Positions 10,470-19,723 of a stretch of DNA of 64,000 nucleotides are shown piece by piece (the first letter of the stretch is position 1; each line of letters starts with the position of its first letter). Origin of the DNA: an uncultured candidate division Zixibacteria bacterium (GTDB lineage: Bacteria; Zixibacteria; MSB-5A5; GN15; FEB-12); contig OY760907.1 of assembly GCA_963664195.1 (NCBI GenBank), positions 2,976,001 through 3,040,000 on the forward strand, written 5' to 3'. The notes below the pieces were generated by a model. The model was not told the DNA's origin. It saw nothing but the letters and a program-made list of their open reading frames with translations, and searched no databases. The position numbers were made by a program, and so were the translations under genes.

Positions 10470-10533
10470 GAGAGCACCTCATTGTCGTGTGGTTGTGCAC
10501 AGTATAGGTGATCAGGGTCATCAAGTCAGCCAC

Positions 10534-10568
10534 AAAAGAGAAAAGCTACCGGAGTGATCCGGTAGCTT
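10534..10568 (-). terminator. Intrinsic terminator after ackA
   Basis: AAGCTACCGGA-TCAC-TCCGGTAGCTT stem followed by a T-rich tail on the minus strand. Confidence 0.8.
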
Positions 10569-10594
10569 CTGGTGAGATTGTCAGTCCCGGCGCT

Positions 10595-11809
10595 TCATTT
10601 CAGTGCCGCATAATCACCGAGAATGCGTTGCGTGTCGCGGGCGATCACCAATTCTTCGTTGGTCGGAATAACCAGCACGCGAACAGTGGCATCATCGGCC
10701 GAGATATCGATTTCTTTGCCCCGGGCGTTAAGATTCTTGTCCTCATTCAGCTTGATGCCGAGGAATTCAAGGCTTTCACAGCTCTGTCTGCGGATAACGT
10801 CAGAGTTTTCGCCGACACCGGCGGTGAAAACGAGGGCGTCGATTCCACCCATAGCCGCGGCATACGCACCAACGTACTTCTTCAGTCGGTAACAGGCGAC
10901 ATCGAGTGCCAGTTTAGCATTCTGCTGGCCTTCGGCAGCCGCTTCCTCAACTTCACGAACGTCGGAGGAAACGCCGGAAATGCCGACCATACCCGAATGC
11001 TTGTTGAGCAAAGTGTTGCCTTCGTGGAGCGACAGCTCTTCGCGAGCCATTATGTGCAGGATGACGGCCGGGTCGATATCGCCGGAACGCGTGCCCATCA
11101 GGAGACCTTCGAGAGGAGTGAAGCCCATCGAGGTGTCAATTGACTTGCCGCGGTCGACAGCCGCAATCGAAGATCCGTTGCCAAGGTGAGCCGTAACGAT
11201 TTTCAACTCTGTTTGTGGTTTCCCAAGCATCTTGGCAGCTCGTTCGGCCACGTACCTGTGCGACGTACCGTGGAATCCGTAGCGACGGATGCCATCTCGT
11301 TTGTAGAAGACGTAGGGGATACCGTAGATGTAAGCGTGCGGTGGCATTTCCTGGTGGAAGGCCGTATCAAAAACGGCTACCTGGGGGACACCGGGAAGAT
11401 TCTTGAAGCAGGCGTTGATACCCCGGATGTTGTGCGGATTATGCAATGGAGCCAGTTCGATCAGCGCCCGGAGCTGAGCCATGAGTTCGTCGGTGATCAG
11501 AACGGAATCCTGAAAACGTTCCCCGCCGTGAACTACGCGATGGCCGACCGCGTCGATATCCTTCTTGTCCTTGATGACGCCATGGTTCGGCGACAGCAGA
11601 ATCGCAATGACGTGTTCCACAGCAACGATATGATCGAGAATCTCCGCCGAAACCACGACCTTCTCTTTGCCGAGAGGCTCATGAGTCAGCACGGAGGCGG
11701 ACATGCCTATGCGGGTGACAGCGCCTTTGGCCAGGGCGGTCTTGGTTTCGATCTCGACAAGTTGATACTTGACCGAGGATGATCCACAATTAAGAACGAG
11801 TATTTTCAT
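10595..11809 (-). CDS. ackA: Acetate kinase
   Basis: ILVLNCGSSSVKY, GHRVVHGG, APLHNP, FDTAFH, YGFHGTSH, HLGNG, GTRSG and IPTNEE. Confidence 0.98.
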   Translation of the reverse strand: MKILVLNCGSSSVKYQLVEIETKTALAKGAVTRIGMSASVLTHEPLGKEKVVVSAEILDHIVAVEHVIAILLSPNHGVIKDKKDIDAVGHRVVHGGERFQDSVLITDELMAQLRALIELAPLHNPHNIRGINACFKNLPGVPQVAVFDTAFHQEMPPHAYIYGIPYVFYKRDGIRRYGFHGTSHRYVAERAAKMLGKPQTELKIVTAHLGNGSSIAAVDRGKSIDTSMGFTPLEGLLMGTRSGDIDPAVILHIMAREELSLHEGNTLLNKHSGMVGISGVSSDVREVEEAAAEGQQNAKLALDVACYRLKKYVGAYAAAMGGIDALVFTAGVGENSDVIRRQSCESLEFLGIKLNEDKNLNARGKEIDISADDATVRVLVIPTNEELVIARDTQRILGDYAALK

Positions 11810-12711
11810 TTGGCTGCCTCCTCGGCAAGGCTCTTCGTACCATTAATGCGATTGCCTTCTTTGTCGTAATCGAAGAATCCACTGCCGGTTTTGACACCAA
11901 GATTTCCGGCGCGAACCAACTTCCGCAGGAGCGGGCAGGGATTGTACTTGTGTTCCGAAAGCTCGTCCAGGAGGTTGATCATCCAGGACATAACAACGTC
12001 GAGTCCCATCATATCAGCCAGCGATAGCGGGCCGACGTTAAAGCCAAACCCGAGTTTCATTGCCTTGTCGATATCCCGGGCCGAGGCAACACCTTCCATC
12101 AGTACATGCATTGCTTCGTTGAGAAGCGGCACGATGATGCGGGTAGTCACGTAACCGGGGTACTCGTTAACCGTGATCCACTTCTTGTCCAGTGATTCGG
12201 CAAAAGCGACCGCTTTCTGGAACGTGTGGTCGTTAGTTCTCAATCCCTTGACGATCTCCACGAGGGGGACCTTGGTAACGGGGTTGAGGAAATGCATGCC
12301 GATAATTTTTTCGGGTCGCTGAGTTGCTTCTGCAATCTCGGAGATCGAGAGGGTACCGCTGTTGGTAATCAACAGGGCGTCGGAGGAGCAGATGCGATCA
12401 AGGTTTTCAAAGAGATGGCGTTTCTTGTCGAGCACTTCCGGGATAGCTTCGAGCACGATTTCAGCATCCTCGGCCTGCGAAAGGTCGGAGGAGGGGAAGA
12501 TGCGAGCGAGAATGGCCTTCTTGTCAGATTTGGTCAATCCCCACTTACTGATTTCTCTGTCTATCGCTTCAGAAATACCTTTGATGCCGCGTTCGGCCAA
12601 TTTCGTGGTCCGGTCGATCAGGACGACTTCTTGTCCGGCCGTGGCGATGGCTTCGGCAAGTCCCTGCCCCATCACTCCGGCTCCGATGATTACTATGCTT
12701 GCGCTTGGCAT
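11806..12711 (-). CDS. hbd: 3-hydroxybutyryl-CoA / 3-hydroxyacyl-CoA dehydrogenase
   Basis: GAGVMG Rossmann motif, EAIPE, GMHFLNP, LVEIV, GPL..AD..GLD and G.LG.KTG.GFF.Y. 4-bp overlap with ackA. Confidence 0.9.
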   Translation of the reverse strand: MPSASIVIIGAGVMGQGLAEAIATAGQEVVLIDRTTKLAERGIKGISEAIDREISKWGLTKSDKKAILARIFPSSDLSQAEDAEIVLEAIPEVLDKKRHLFENLDRICSSDALLITNSGTLSISEIAEATQRPEKIIGMHFLNPVTKVPLVEIVKGLRTNDHTFQKAVAFAESLDKKWITVNEYPGYVTTRIIVPLLNEAMHVLMEGVASARDIDKAMKLGFGFNVGPLSLADMMGLDVVMSWMINLLDELSEHKYNPCPLLRKLVRAGNLGVKTGSGFFDYDKEGNRINGTKSLAEEAAK

Positions 12712-12734
12712 GTCGAGCCCACCTTCAAACGTTA

Positions 12735-12752
12735 TTGTGAAATAAATAACAA
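12735..12752. promoter_or_regulatory. Candidate Rex operator upstream of hbd-ackA
   Basis: TTGTGAAATAAATAACAA versus the Rex consensus TTGTGAA-N4-TTCACAA. Confidence 0.55.
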
Positions 12753-12987
12753 GCCAATTATCCGTGGCATTATATATATTTACTTAATCGGTGCAAGGTC
12801 TTTTTCGCTGAACTGGAAAGATTTAGGATCAACCGGCGGGAGTAGTCCAAACAATCGCACTAATCATTGGTTCGGGCCGTCTTATTGATGTATAATTGGG
12901 TACAGGCAACCCCTCGGATTTCTGTGACAGAATTCGACACCGGCGAGGGTTGGAACCGGCGAGATAGACTCATACGAGGGAGGTTCA

Positions 12988-13659
12988 ATGTTTAGAAAAA
13001 GCATCGTTTCAGTAGTGATTCTGGCGGCGATTTTTGTTTGCGTCGCTCCGGCACAGGCGATTAACCGCACTGTGATTCGCTACAACACGTTCAGCGTCTA
13101 TGGCGGGTTGACTCAACCGATTGGCAGTGTTAGCGGAACAGTCTTCTACGATTTCTCTCTCAATGGCAGGGAGTATGATGTCGCTGCAAAGGACCTGTAC
13201 CAGGAGGGCTTTCATATCGGTATGAATTATGGCAGAGTTGTCAAGGGGCACTTCATGGTTACAGTGGGACTTCGCTACACCACTCACGACGTGAAAAACC
13301 CCATAGTCAGCAACGGCGTTTCGGTCACTCTGCCGGAAATACCCACATACCGGCAATACGATCTCGATGTTAATCTGGACTACTATTTCATGAATCTGAG
13401 GTATTCAAAGTTCTCTCCGTATTTCGGTTTTGGCACGCACCCCGGACTTATGGTGGATGTATTCGAGGGATACAAGAATGAGACAGACGTCACCTACGGT
13501 CTCAGTCTCAACTTTGGTGCCGAGATCAAAATCTACACCGACACCAAAAACGGCCCGTATTTGACGCTGGCGTCAATCAACAACTGGAATTTCGCAGGTG
13601 TAAACCGTCGTCCTCGCCATCTCAACATCGGGGGAGGGTTGAGGTACTATTTCCGATAG
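12988..13659 (+). CDS. Outer-membrane beta-barrel protein (OmpA/OmpW-like)
   Basis: Signal peptide ending AQA, amphipathic strands, SPYFGFG, and C-terminal GLRYYFR. Confidence 0.75.
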   Translation: MFRKSIVSVVILAAIFVCVAPAQAINRTVIRYNTFSVYGGLTQPIGSVSGTVFYDFSLNGREYDVAAKDLYQEGFHIGMNYGRVVKGHFMVTVGLRYTTHDVKNPIVSNGVSVTLPEIPTYRQYDLDVNLDYYFMNLRYSKFSPYFGFGTHPGLMVDVFEGYKNETDVTYGLSLNFGAEIKIYTDTKNGPYLTLASINNWNFAGVNRRPRHLNIGGGLRYYFR

Positions 13660-13704
13660 GGTTCTCTAAGAGCCAAAACCGACAAACTTGCAGGAGTTCA
13701 TACC

Positions 13705-14862
13705 TTGCTGACCTTGAATAGACATTTGCTTTCATTCGTGCTATTAACTTTGGCCCTGTCGCTGCTGGCCGTCGGCTGTGGCGATGACGACGGACCGGTC
13801 GAACCGGGACCGCCGCCGAACATCCAGATATTTACGGCCGCCCCAACCGACCTTCCAGTCGGGGACTCTTCGCAGATTACTTACAAAGTTGCCGATGCAG
13901 ATTCGGTCAAGCTGTATCCGGCCGGCACCAAACTGACGCCGGCTGACTCGGGGCAAACCTGGGTCAAACCGTTAGTAGCGACGACGTACATTCTGAAAGC
14001 CTTTAACAAAGACGGTCGAGATTCTGCAGATGTCCTGGTGACTGTTCAGGCACCGCCGGCCTCGATTGAGGCGATCAATGGTCTATACTACAAGGGCGTT
14101 ATGGGAGGAGATTCACAAACTCCATCGCTGCAGTTCCGTGCGCTTGATGCCGGTGGCCATCCGTTGGTGACGCCGTGGATGCATTTCGAGATCGTTACCG
14201 GCGATGGTACGCTGTCGACCGATTCGGCGCAGGTTGATCGTTCGGGGACGGCGACGATTCTCTATGACTTTGACGGCGCGATGGGGCACGCGACTATTCG
14301 GGCGTATGTGCGCGATGTTGACACGGTGATGGTTGATGTTCGTGCCAGCACGATTATCCCCGGTCCGGGAGGGCAGGCGCAGTACGTGCTGCTTGATACA
14401 GACACCTACCTGGACGTGAAGAACTTCAACGGGGAGCCGGAGGGGATTGTCTATTCAAATGGACTTCATTATGTGGAATACGTTGCCAGCCTCGGACTCG
14501 TCATCATGGTGCAGGATACCGCGTTTCCGTCTGATGTATTGCAGGATATGGAACCGGTTGTGGGCGCGATTCTGACGACAGGATTCACGGGTGCGAGGAC
14601 TGCCGATTCAGTAGGTCTTGGTTCGACTACGGCCGAGTTTGAAGCGGCTTACGGTACGGCTGATACCACATACCTCGACGATCAGGCTCCGCCCCCCTTA
14701 CAGGCATATTTCTACGACCCTGAAGGTCTGGTCTTTTTCACTTCGGTGCCGGCCGGTCCGACGGCGACCGTGCAGGAGATGCACGTGTATTATCGCCCCC
14801 CCGGAAGTCCGGCTCTGATGGATTCACGGCGTGCGAGACGGGTGTCATCAGTGTTGCGGTAG
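13705..14862 (+). CDS. Acidic lipoprotein with Ig-like domains
   Basis: TTG start after AGGAG. Lipobox LAVGC. Beta-rich Ig-like repeats. Confidence 0.7.
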   Translation: MLTLNRHLLSFVLLTLALSLLAVGCGDDDGPVEPGPPPNIQIFTAAPTDLPVGDSSQITYKVADADSVKLYPAGTKLTPADSGQTWVKPLVATTYILKAFNKDGRDSADVLVTVQAPPASIEAINGLYYKGVMGGDSQTPSLQFRALDAGGHPLVTPWMHFEIVTGDGTLSTDSAQVDRSGTATILYDFDGAMGHATIRAYVRDVDTVMVDVRASTIIPGPGGQAQYVLLDTDTYLDVKNFNGEPEGIVYSNGLHYVEYVASLGLVIMVQDTAFPSDVLQDMEPVVGAILTTGFTGARTADSVGLGSTTAEFEAAYGTADTTYLDDQAPPPLQAYFYDPEGLVFFTSVPAGPTATVQEMHVYYRPPGSPALMDSRRARRVSSVLR

Positions 14863-14887
14863 ATCGACGATCCAAATTGCTGCGGCA

Positions 14888-14953
14888 GGGTGGCCGGGTC
14901 AAACTTGTTTGGCCCGGATTATCCCCTCCAAACGAGTTTGAAGGGGCCACCCG
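14888..14953. repeat. Dispersed ~66-bp inverted REP doublet, copy 2
   Basis: GGGTGG-CCGGGTCAAAC-TT-GTTTGGCCCGG ... CCCCTCCAAAC-GA-GTTTGAAGGGG-CCACCC. Confidence 0.8.
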
Positions 14954-14982
14954 ACGTCCTGGTCGATCCTCCTCGCGAACAC

Positions 14983-15011
14983 TTGACAATCGCTCCATCG
15001 CTCAATACATT
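14983..15011 (+). promoter_or_regulatory. Sigma70-type promoter of cyclophilin 1
   Basis: TTGACA-N17-TACATT. Confidence 0.6.
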
Positions 15012-15050
15012 TTGCCCCAATAAGTTAAGCGCGACATTGAAAGGAATACC

Positions 15051-15704
15051 ATGAATCGCCTCGTCTGTCTTCTGCTTCTGACCCTTGTCCTGTCTGTCGT
15101 CTCTTTCGGTTGTGAAGAGAAAATCGAGAAAATCTACGATGACCCGTATTTGGATTCGTTGGCCGCCATTCGACATGACATTCGCAGCGGTGACAATCCG
15201 TTCGTGACGCTCGAAACGAACTTCGGCAAAATGACGTTTGAGCTGTTTCGCGATGTCGCTCCGAACCACGCGGATTCATTCCTCGCCCGCACCGAAGACG
15301 GCTTCTACGACAGCACGATTTTTCATCGGGTAGTGGACAACTTCATGATCCAGGGCGGCAATCCGATCCCGGTCGGCAAGAAGATGGTTGAGTATCAGTT
15401 GGACGCGGAATTCAACGATCTGCCTCACATGGACGGCACGTTATCCATGGCCAGAGCCAGGTCCGAGAACTCTGCCGGTACGCAGTTCTTTGTCTGTCTG
15501 GGACGGAACAGGTCCACAGAATGGTTGGATGGCAAGTATACCAATTTCGGGCATTTGATTCGCGGTTACGATGTTCTTCATCGGATTGCCAAGGTGCCGG
15601 TTGTGGCTTCAGAAATGATGGGGGGAGAGGTCTCTTGGCCGACTCAACAGGTGGCGCTTATTGACGCCTTCGTTTCCGACGAGGACGGCAATCAGCTCAA
15701 GTAG
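15051..15704 (+). CDS. Cyclophilin-type peptidyl-prolyl isomerase (lipoprotein)
   Basis: FHRVVDNFMIQGG, GTLSMAR, SAGTQFFV and LDGKYT.FG. Lipobox SFGC. Confidence 0.93.
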   Translation: MNRLVCLLLLTLVLSVVSFGCEEKIEKIYDDPYLDSLAAIRHDIRSGDNPFVTLETNFGKMTFELFRDVAPNHADSFLARTEDGFYDSTIFHRVVDNFMIQGGNPIPVGKKMVEYQLDAEFNDLPHMDGTLSMARARSENSAGTQFFVCLGRNRSTEWLDGKYTNFGHLIRGYDVLHRIAKVPVVASEMMGGEVSWPTQQVALIDAFVSDEDGNQLK

Positions 15705-15731
15705 GAACAGCGGGCCCGGGCTGTTAAATCC

Positions 15732-15760
15732 TTGACGGATTTTGGGACCGTGGATATATT
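15732..15760 (+). promoter_or_regulatory. Sigma70-type promoter of cyclophilin 2
   Basis: TTGACG-N17-TATATT. Confidence 0.6.
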
Positions 15761-15798
15761 CGCGACCAGATTGAGAAGAAAACAGAGAAAGGAATCCC

Positions 15799-16476
15799 TT
15801 GCGAAAAGCCATAATCATCTTTGCAGCTCTCCTGTTGGCGGGAGTGAGCCAGTTCGGTTGTTCCGGCAAGGCGGCCAAAGTCGAGGTTCAGGAAAAGGCA
15901 GCCAAAGCTGAGGTTGCAGAAGAGGCGATTCCAGTTGTCGAAGAGCAACTTGAGCACAAGATGAGAAGCGACGCGAATGCCATTGTGACGCTGCACACGA
16001 ATTTCGGCGATATGACGCTCGAATTGTTCCGCGATGTCGCTCCGGCTCATGCCGATTCGTTCCTTGCTCGCTCAAACGACGGGTTCTACGACAGCACGAT
16101 TTTCCATCGGGTGATTGACGATTTCATGATTCAGGGTGGCGACCCGACCGGTACCGGCGCGGGCAACGCCGGGTATATGCTCGATGCTGAGTTCAGCAGT
16201 ATCAAGCATGTCGACGGAACTCTCTCTATGGCCCGTTCCAATGACCCGAATTCCGCCTCGTGTCAGTTCTTCATCTGTCTCGGGCGTAACCGGGGAACGG
16301 CCTCGCTCGACGGCAAATACACAGTGTTTGGCCAGCTCCTGAACGGGTATGATGTCTTGCACGCTATTGGCAAGACGAAGGTCGGGATGACTCAGCACGG
16401 TGAACAATCTCGCCCGCTCAGTCCGGTAATGCTGATCAAGGCTTACCAATCGGACGCGTTCGGCAACCCGTTATAG
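15799..16476 (+). CDS. Cyclophilin-type peptidyl-prolyl isomerase (exported, paralog of the upstream gene)
   Basis: FHRVIDDFMIQGGDPTGTG, GTLSMARS and SASCQFFI. N-terminal signal with QFGC. Confidence 0.93.
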   Translation: MRKAIIIFAALLLAGVSQFGCSGKAAKVEVQEKAAKAEVAEEAIPVVEEQLEHKMRSDANAIVTLHTNFGDMTLELFRDVAPAHADSFLARSNDGFYDSTIFHRVIDDFMIQGGDPTGTGAGNAGYMLDAEFSSIKHVDGTLSMARSNDPNSASCQFFICLGRNRGTASLDGKYTVFGQLLNGYDVLHAIGKTKVGMTQHGEQSRPLSPVMLIKAYQSDAFGNPL

Positions 16477-16554
16477 GTCGAGGTAACCCGATTTGAACCG
16501 AATCAGCGGAGTGTGATTCCACTCCGCCGTTCGCGTTCCAAGCGCGATCCGTTT

Positions 16555-16579
16555 GGAACCAGAGGTGATCCGGTTCGTT
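16555..16579 (+). promoter_or_regulatory. Candidate ECF-sigma promoter upstream of dxr-rseP
   Basis: GGAAC-N16-CGTT, ending 10 nt before the dxr ATG. Confidence 0.45.
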
Positions 16580-16589
16580 AAAGAACGAT

Positions 16590-17756
16590 ATGAGCAGCCG
16601 TAACTTAGCCATTCTCGGGTCAACCGGCTCTATAGGGCAATCGACAGCAAGGGTGATTCTGGATCATCCGGGGGCATTCCGTGTCAAAGCGCTGGGGGCA
16701 TACCAAAGTGTCGATTTGCTCGAAAAACAATACCGACAGTTTCGACCGGACTATCTCTGCCTGATCGATCCTGATGCGGCCGCAGATCTGGCGGCCAGAC
16801 TCAAAGACGAGCCGGTAGAGGTCCTCTGTGGCTCGGAAGACATGGTCCGACTGGCAACTCTGGATAGTGTAGATACGGTGTTGAACGCGGTGGTGGGAGC
16901 TGCCGGACTTCGGGTGTCACTGGCGGCGGTTGAACACGGCAAGAGACTGGCGCTGGCCAACAAAGAGTCGCTGGTGGCCGGGGGGCCGTTGTTTCAGGAC
17001 CTGTGCGGTAATTCCAAACCTGTGATCTTTCCGGTGGATTCGGAGCATTCTGCGATCTGGCAGGCGTTGAGAGCGGGCGAGGAAGAGGAAGTCCGGAACA
17101 TCATCTTGACCGCCTCAGGCGGCCCTTTCAGGACGCTGCCGAGGGAAGAGTTCGTGAATATCACGGTTGAACGCGCTCTGGCCCATCCGACCTGGAACAT
17201 GGGAGCGAAAATTACCATCGATTCGGCCACCATGACCAACAAGGGACTGGAAGTTATCGAGGCGGCGGTGCTGTTTTCTGTTCCGGTAGACCGGGTGAAG
17301 ATTGTGGTGCATCCGCAGTCGATCATTCACTCGATGGTGGAATTCTGCGATTCCTCGATTATCGCGCAGCTTTCAAACCCTGATATGTGCCTGCCGATAG
17401 TGTATGCGCTTTTCTGGCCTGAGCGGGTAGAATCATCGTTTGGCAAGATAGACTGGTCCGAGATGAGGAATCTGACGTTCGAGGAGCCGGACCACAAGCG
17501 GTTCCCGGCCATTAAGTTAGCATACGATGTTGCTCGCCTTGGCGGAACGGCGCCGGCGGTGTACAATGCGGCGAACGAAATCGCGGTGGAGGCGTTCTTG
17601 AAAGAGGCGATCAAGTTTACCGATATCGCCGATATTGTGGTCAGGACTGTTGATACTGTCGATATTGTTCAAAGACCGCAACTTGATGACATCCTCCGGG
17701 CAGACGAAAAGGCCCGTGAGATAGCAAGACAAACGGTGGAGACTCAGGCATGCTGA
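16590..17756 (+). CDS. dxr: 1-deoxy-D-xylulose 5-phosphate reductoisomerase
   Basis: ILGSTGSIG, LANKESLV, PVDSEHSA, TASGGPF, HPTWNMG.KITIDSAT and NAANE. Confidence 0.98.
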   Translation: MSSRNLAILGSTGSIGQSTARVILDHPGAFRVKALGAYQSVDLLEKQYRQFRPDYLCLIDPDAAADLAARLKDEPVEVLCGSEDMVRLATLDSVDTVLNAVVGAAGLRVSLAAVEHGKRLALANKESLVAGGPLFQDLCGNSKPVIFPVDSEHSAIWQALRAGEEEEVRNIILTASGGPFRTLPREEFVNITVERALAHPTWNMGAKITIDSATMTNKGLEVIEAAVLFSVPVDRVKIVVHPQSIIHSMVEFCDSSIIAQLSNPDMCLPIVYALFWPERVESSFGKIDWSEMRNLTFEEPDHKRFPAIKLAYDVARLGGTAPAVYNAANEIAVEAFLKEAIKFTDIADIVVRTVDTVDIVQRPQLDDILRADEKAREIARQTVETQAC

Positions 17757-18823
17757 TATCAGTGCTTTCGTTTATATTCGTCCTTGGTGCGCTCATCTTT
17801 TTCCATGAGTTGGGCCATTTCCTTGTGGCCAAGAAAGTCGGCATACGAGTCGACCGGTTTTCGCTGGGATTCCCTCCGAATATCTTCAAGAAGAAGTTCG
17901 GAGAAACCGAGTACTGCATCGGCTGCATTCCTCTTGGGGGGTATGTCAAGATGGCCGGGGAGAACCCGGATGAAGAGGCAAGCGGCGCTCCCGATGAGTT
18001 TATGTCCAAGTCGATCTTGCAGCGATTCCTGGTGATTTTTGCCGGACCGTTTATGAATTATATTCTCGCCATTGCCATTCTGGTGGGTGTCTTCTATTTC
18101 GTGGGACAGGAGATTTGGGACAAAGAAGAGGTGTTCGTATCCAAGGTCATGGAGGATGGTCCGGCCGCCAAAGCGGGGATACTGGCCGATGATCAGATTC
18201 TTGCGGTGGGTGACATGGAGATGCCTCATTACGACTCAGTGTCCGCCCTGATCAACGCCGTTGTCGAGCAGCCGCTGAAGATCACCTGGCTTCGGGGCAA
18301 CGACACGTTGTCAGCCGACATCACAACCATGCCCCGGGCTGTCGCCGCAGCCGACGGGGGAGAGGATACGGTAGGGATCATCGGTGTGTATTTTGTGCCG
18401 AAACTGGCCGGACATGAGAAGTTCAGTCTGCCCGAGGCGATTTCGGCCGGTTTCTTCGAAACGCATCATATTCTCGATACTATGGTTGTTTTTGTCAGGC
18501 AAATGGTGACCGGTCAGCAGTCTGCCAAGCAGCTTGGTGGGCCGATTTTTATCGCCCAGGAGTCGGGTCGTCAGGCGCGGCGTGGTCCTGTCAGTCTGTT
18601 TCTGTTCATGGCGCTGCTGTCTGTTAATCTCGCAGTATTGAATGTGTTGCCGATCCCGGTGCTTGATGGCGGTCATATGGTGTTCCTGCTGATTGAGAAG
18701 CTAAAAGGCTCGCCGCTCTCGATGAAGGCGAGGCTGATGGCCCAGCAGGTGGGTATGCTGGCGTTGCTCACGTTGATCGTATTCGTGACGTACAATGATA
18801 TCGCCAGGTTCTTCAGCGCCTAG
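17750..18823 (+). CDS. rseP: RIP metalloprotease RseP (site-2 protease with PDZ)
   Basis: HELGH, IPLGGYVKM, AGP and NVLPIPVLDGG. Canonical position after dxr. Confidence 0.95.
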   Translation: MLISVLSFIFVLGALIFFHELGHFLVAKKVGIRVDRFSLGFPPNIFKKKFGETEYCIGCIPLGGYVKMAGENPDEEASGAPDEFMSKSILQRFLVIFAGPFMNYILAIAILVGVFYFVGQEIWDKEEVFVSKVMEDGPAAKAGILADDQILAVGDMEMPHYDSVSALINAVVEQPLKITWLRGNDTLSADITTMPRAVAAADGGEDTVGIIGVYFVPKLAGHEKFSLPEAISAGFFETHHILDTMVVFVRQMVTGQQSAKQLGGPIFIAQESGRQARRGPVSLFLFMALLSVNLAVLNVLPIPVLDGGHMVFLLIEKLKGSPLSMKARLMAQQVGMLALLTLIVFVTYNDIARFFSA

Positions 18824-18953
18824 CGAGCCGTCTGCAAGTCCATAGTTCTGCTTGACTTGCCCCGTGAAACATATTATGAGGTGAGGCGTAGAAACCTGTA
18901 GATGTATCTGCGCGTGTCCGTAAGGAGCGCCTACTGACAGCAATGAGGGAACG

Positions 18954-19676
18954 ATGAAACCTGCGCCACAAAACGCGCTCTGGGACAATGTCAAGCAATT
19001 CGGTCTGGCAATCGTGCTGGCCCTTATCATAAAAACCGGCGTTGTTGAAGCCTACAAAATCCCGACCGCCTCAATGGAAGACACTTTGTTGATCGGCGAT
19101 TTTCTGTTAGCCAACAAGTTTGTCTATGGCGCCGAGCTTCCGCTGGTCGGCTGGAAGCTTCCTGCTATCAGTGAGCCGGAGCGTGGAGATGTCATCATTT
19201 TTACTTTCCCCGGCGACGGTGTCACCAAGTATATCAAGCGCTGTGTAGCGCTTCCGGGCGATATCGTGGAGGTCAAGGACAAAGTGCTTTATGTAAACGG
19301 CGAGCGGGTTCCTGACGCCGAGCACGCGAAACATGTTGATACTACGAAGTCGGGCAAGCAAATCATCCAGCCCCGACAGCCCGGCGGACGGGACAGCCGG
19401 GACAATTTCGGCCCGCATCCGGTTCCCCGAAACGGCTACTTCATGATGGGGGACAACCGGGACAACTCCTACGATTCCCGTTACTGGGGGGCCGTGCCAA
19501 GGGAACTCATTCTCGGCGAGGCGCTGGCCGTACATTGGTCGTGGGACGAAGAGGAATATCCGTCGCCGGACGTTTCGATTACGGATCCGCTGTCGGTCCC
19601 TCGATTGTTCCTATACAATGCTGTCCATTTTTTCCAAAAAGTGCGCTGGGAACGACTGTTTAGCGCGATCTCCTGA
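18954..19676 (+). CDS. lepB: Signal peptidase I
   Basis: IPTASMEDTL (Ser), YIKRCV (Lys) and MMGDNRDNSYDSRYWG. Confidence 0.96.
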   Translation: MKPAPQNALWDNVKQFGLAIVLALIIKTGVVEAYKIPTASMEDTLLIGDFLLANKFVYGAELPLVGWKLPAISEPERGDVIIFTFPGDGVTKYIKRCVALPGDIVEVKDKVLYVNGERVPDAEHAKHVDTTKSGKQIIQPRQPGGRDSRDNFGPHPVPRNGYFMMGDNRDNSYDSRYWGAVPRELILGEALAVHWSWDEEEYPSPDVSITDPLSVPRLFLYNAVHFFQKVRWERLFSAIS

Positions 19677-19723
19677 TCCGGCGAGTCCCGGATTCTGAAC
19701 CGGCTGGTACTAACGGAGGCTGC

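Noticed and set aside
10089..10511. 140-aa plus-strand ORF
   Set aside because: It is antisense to the cupin gene, which has clear motifs and an SD.
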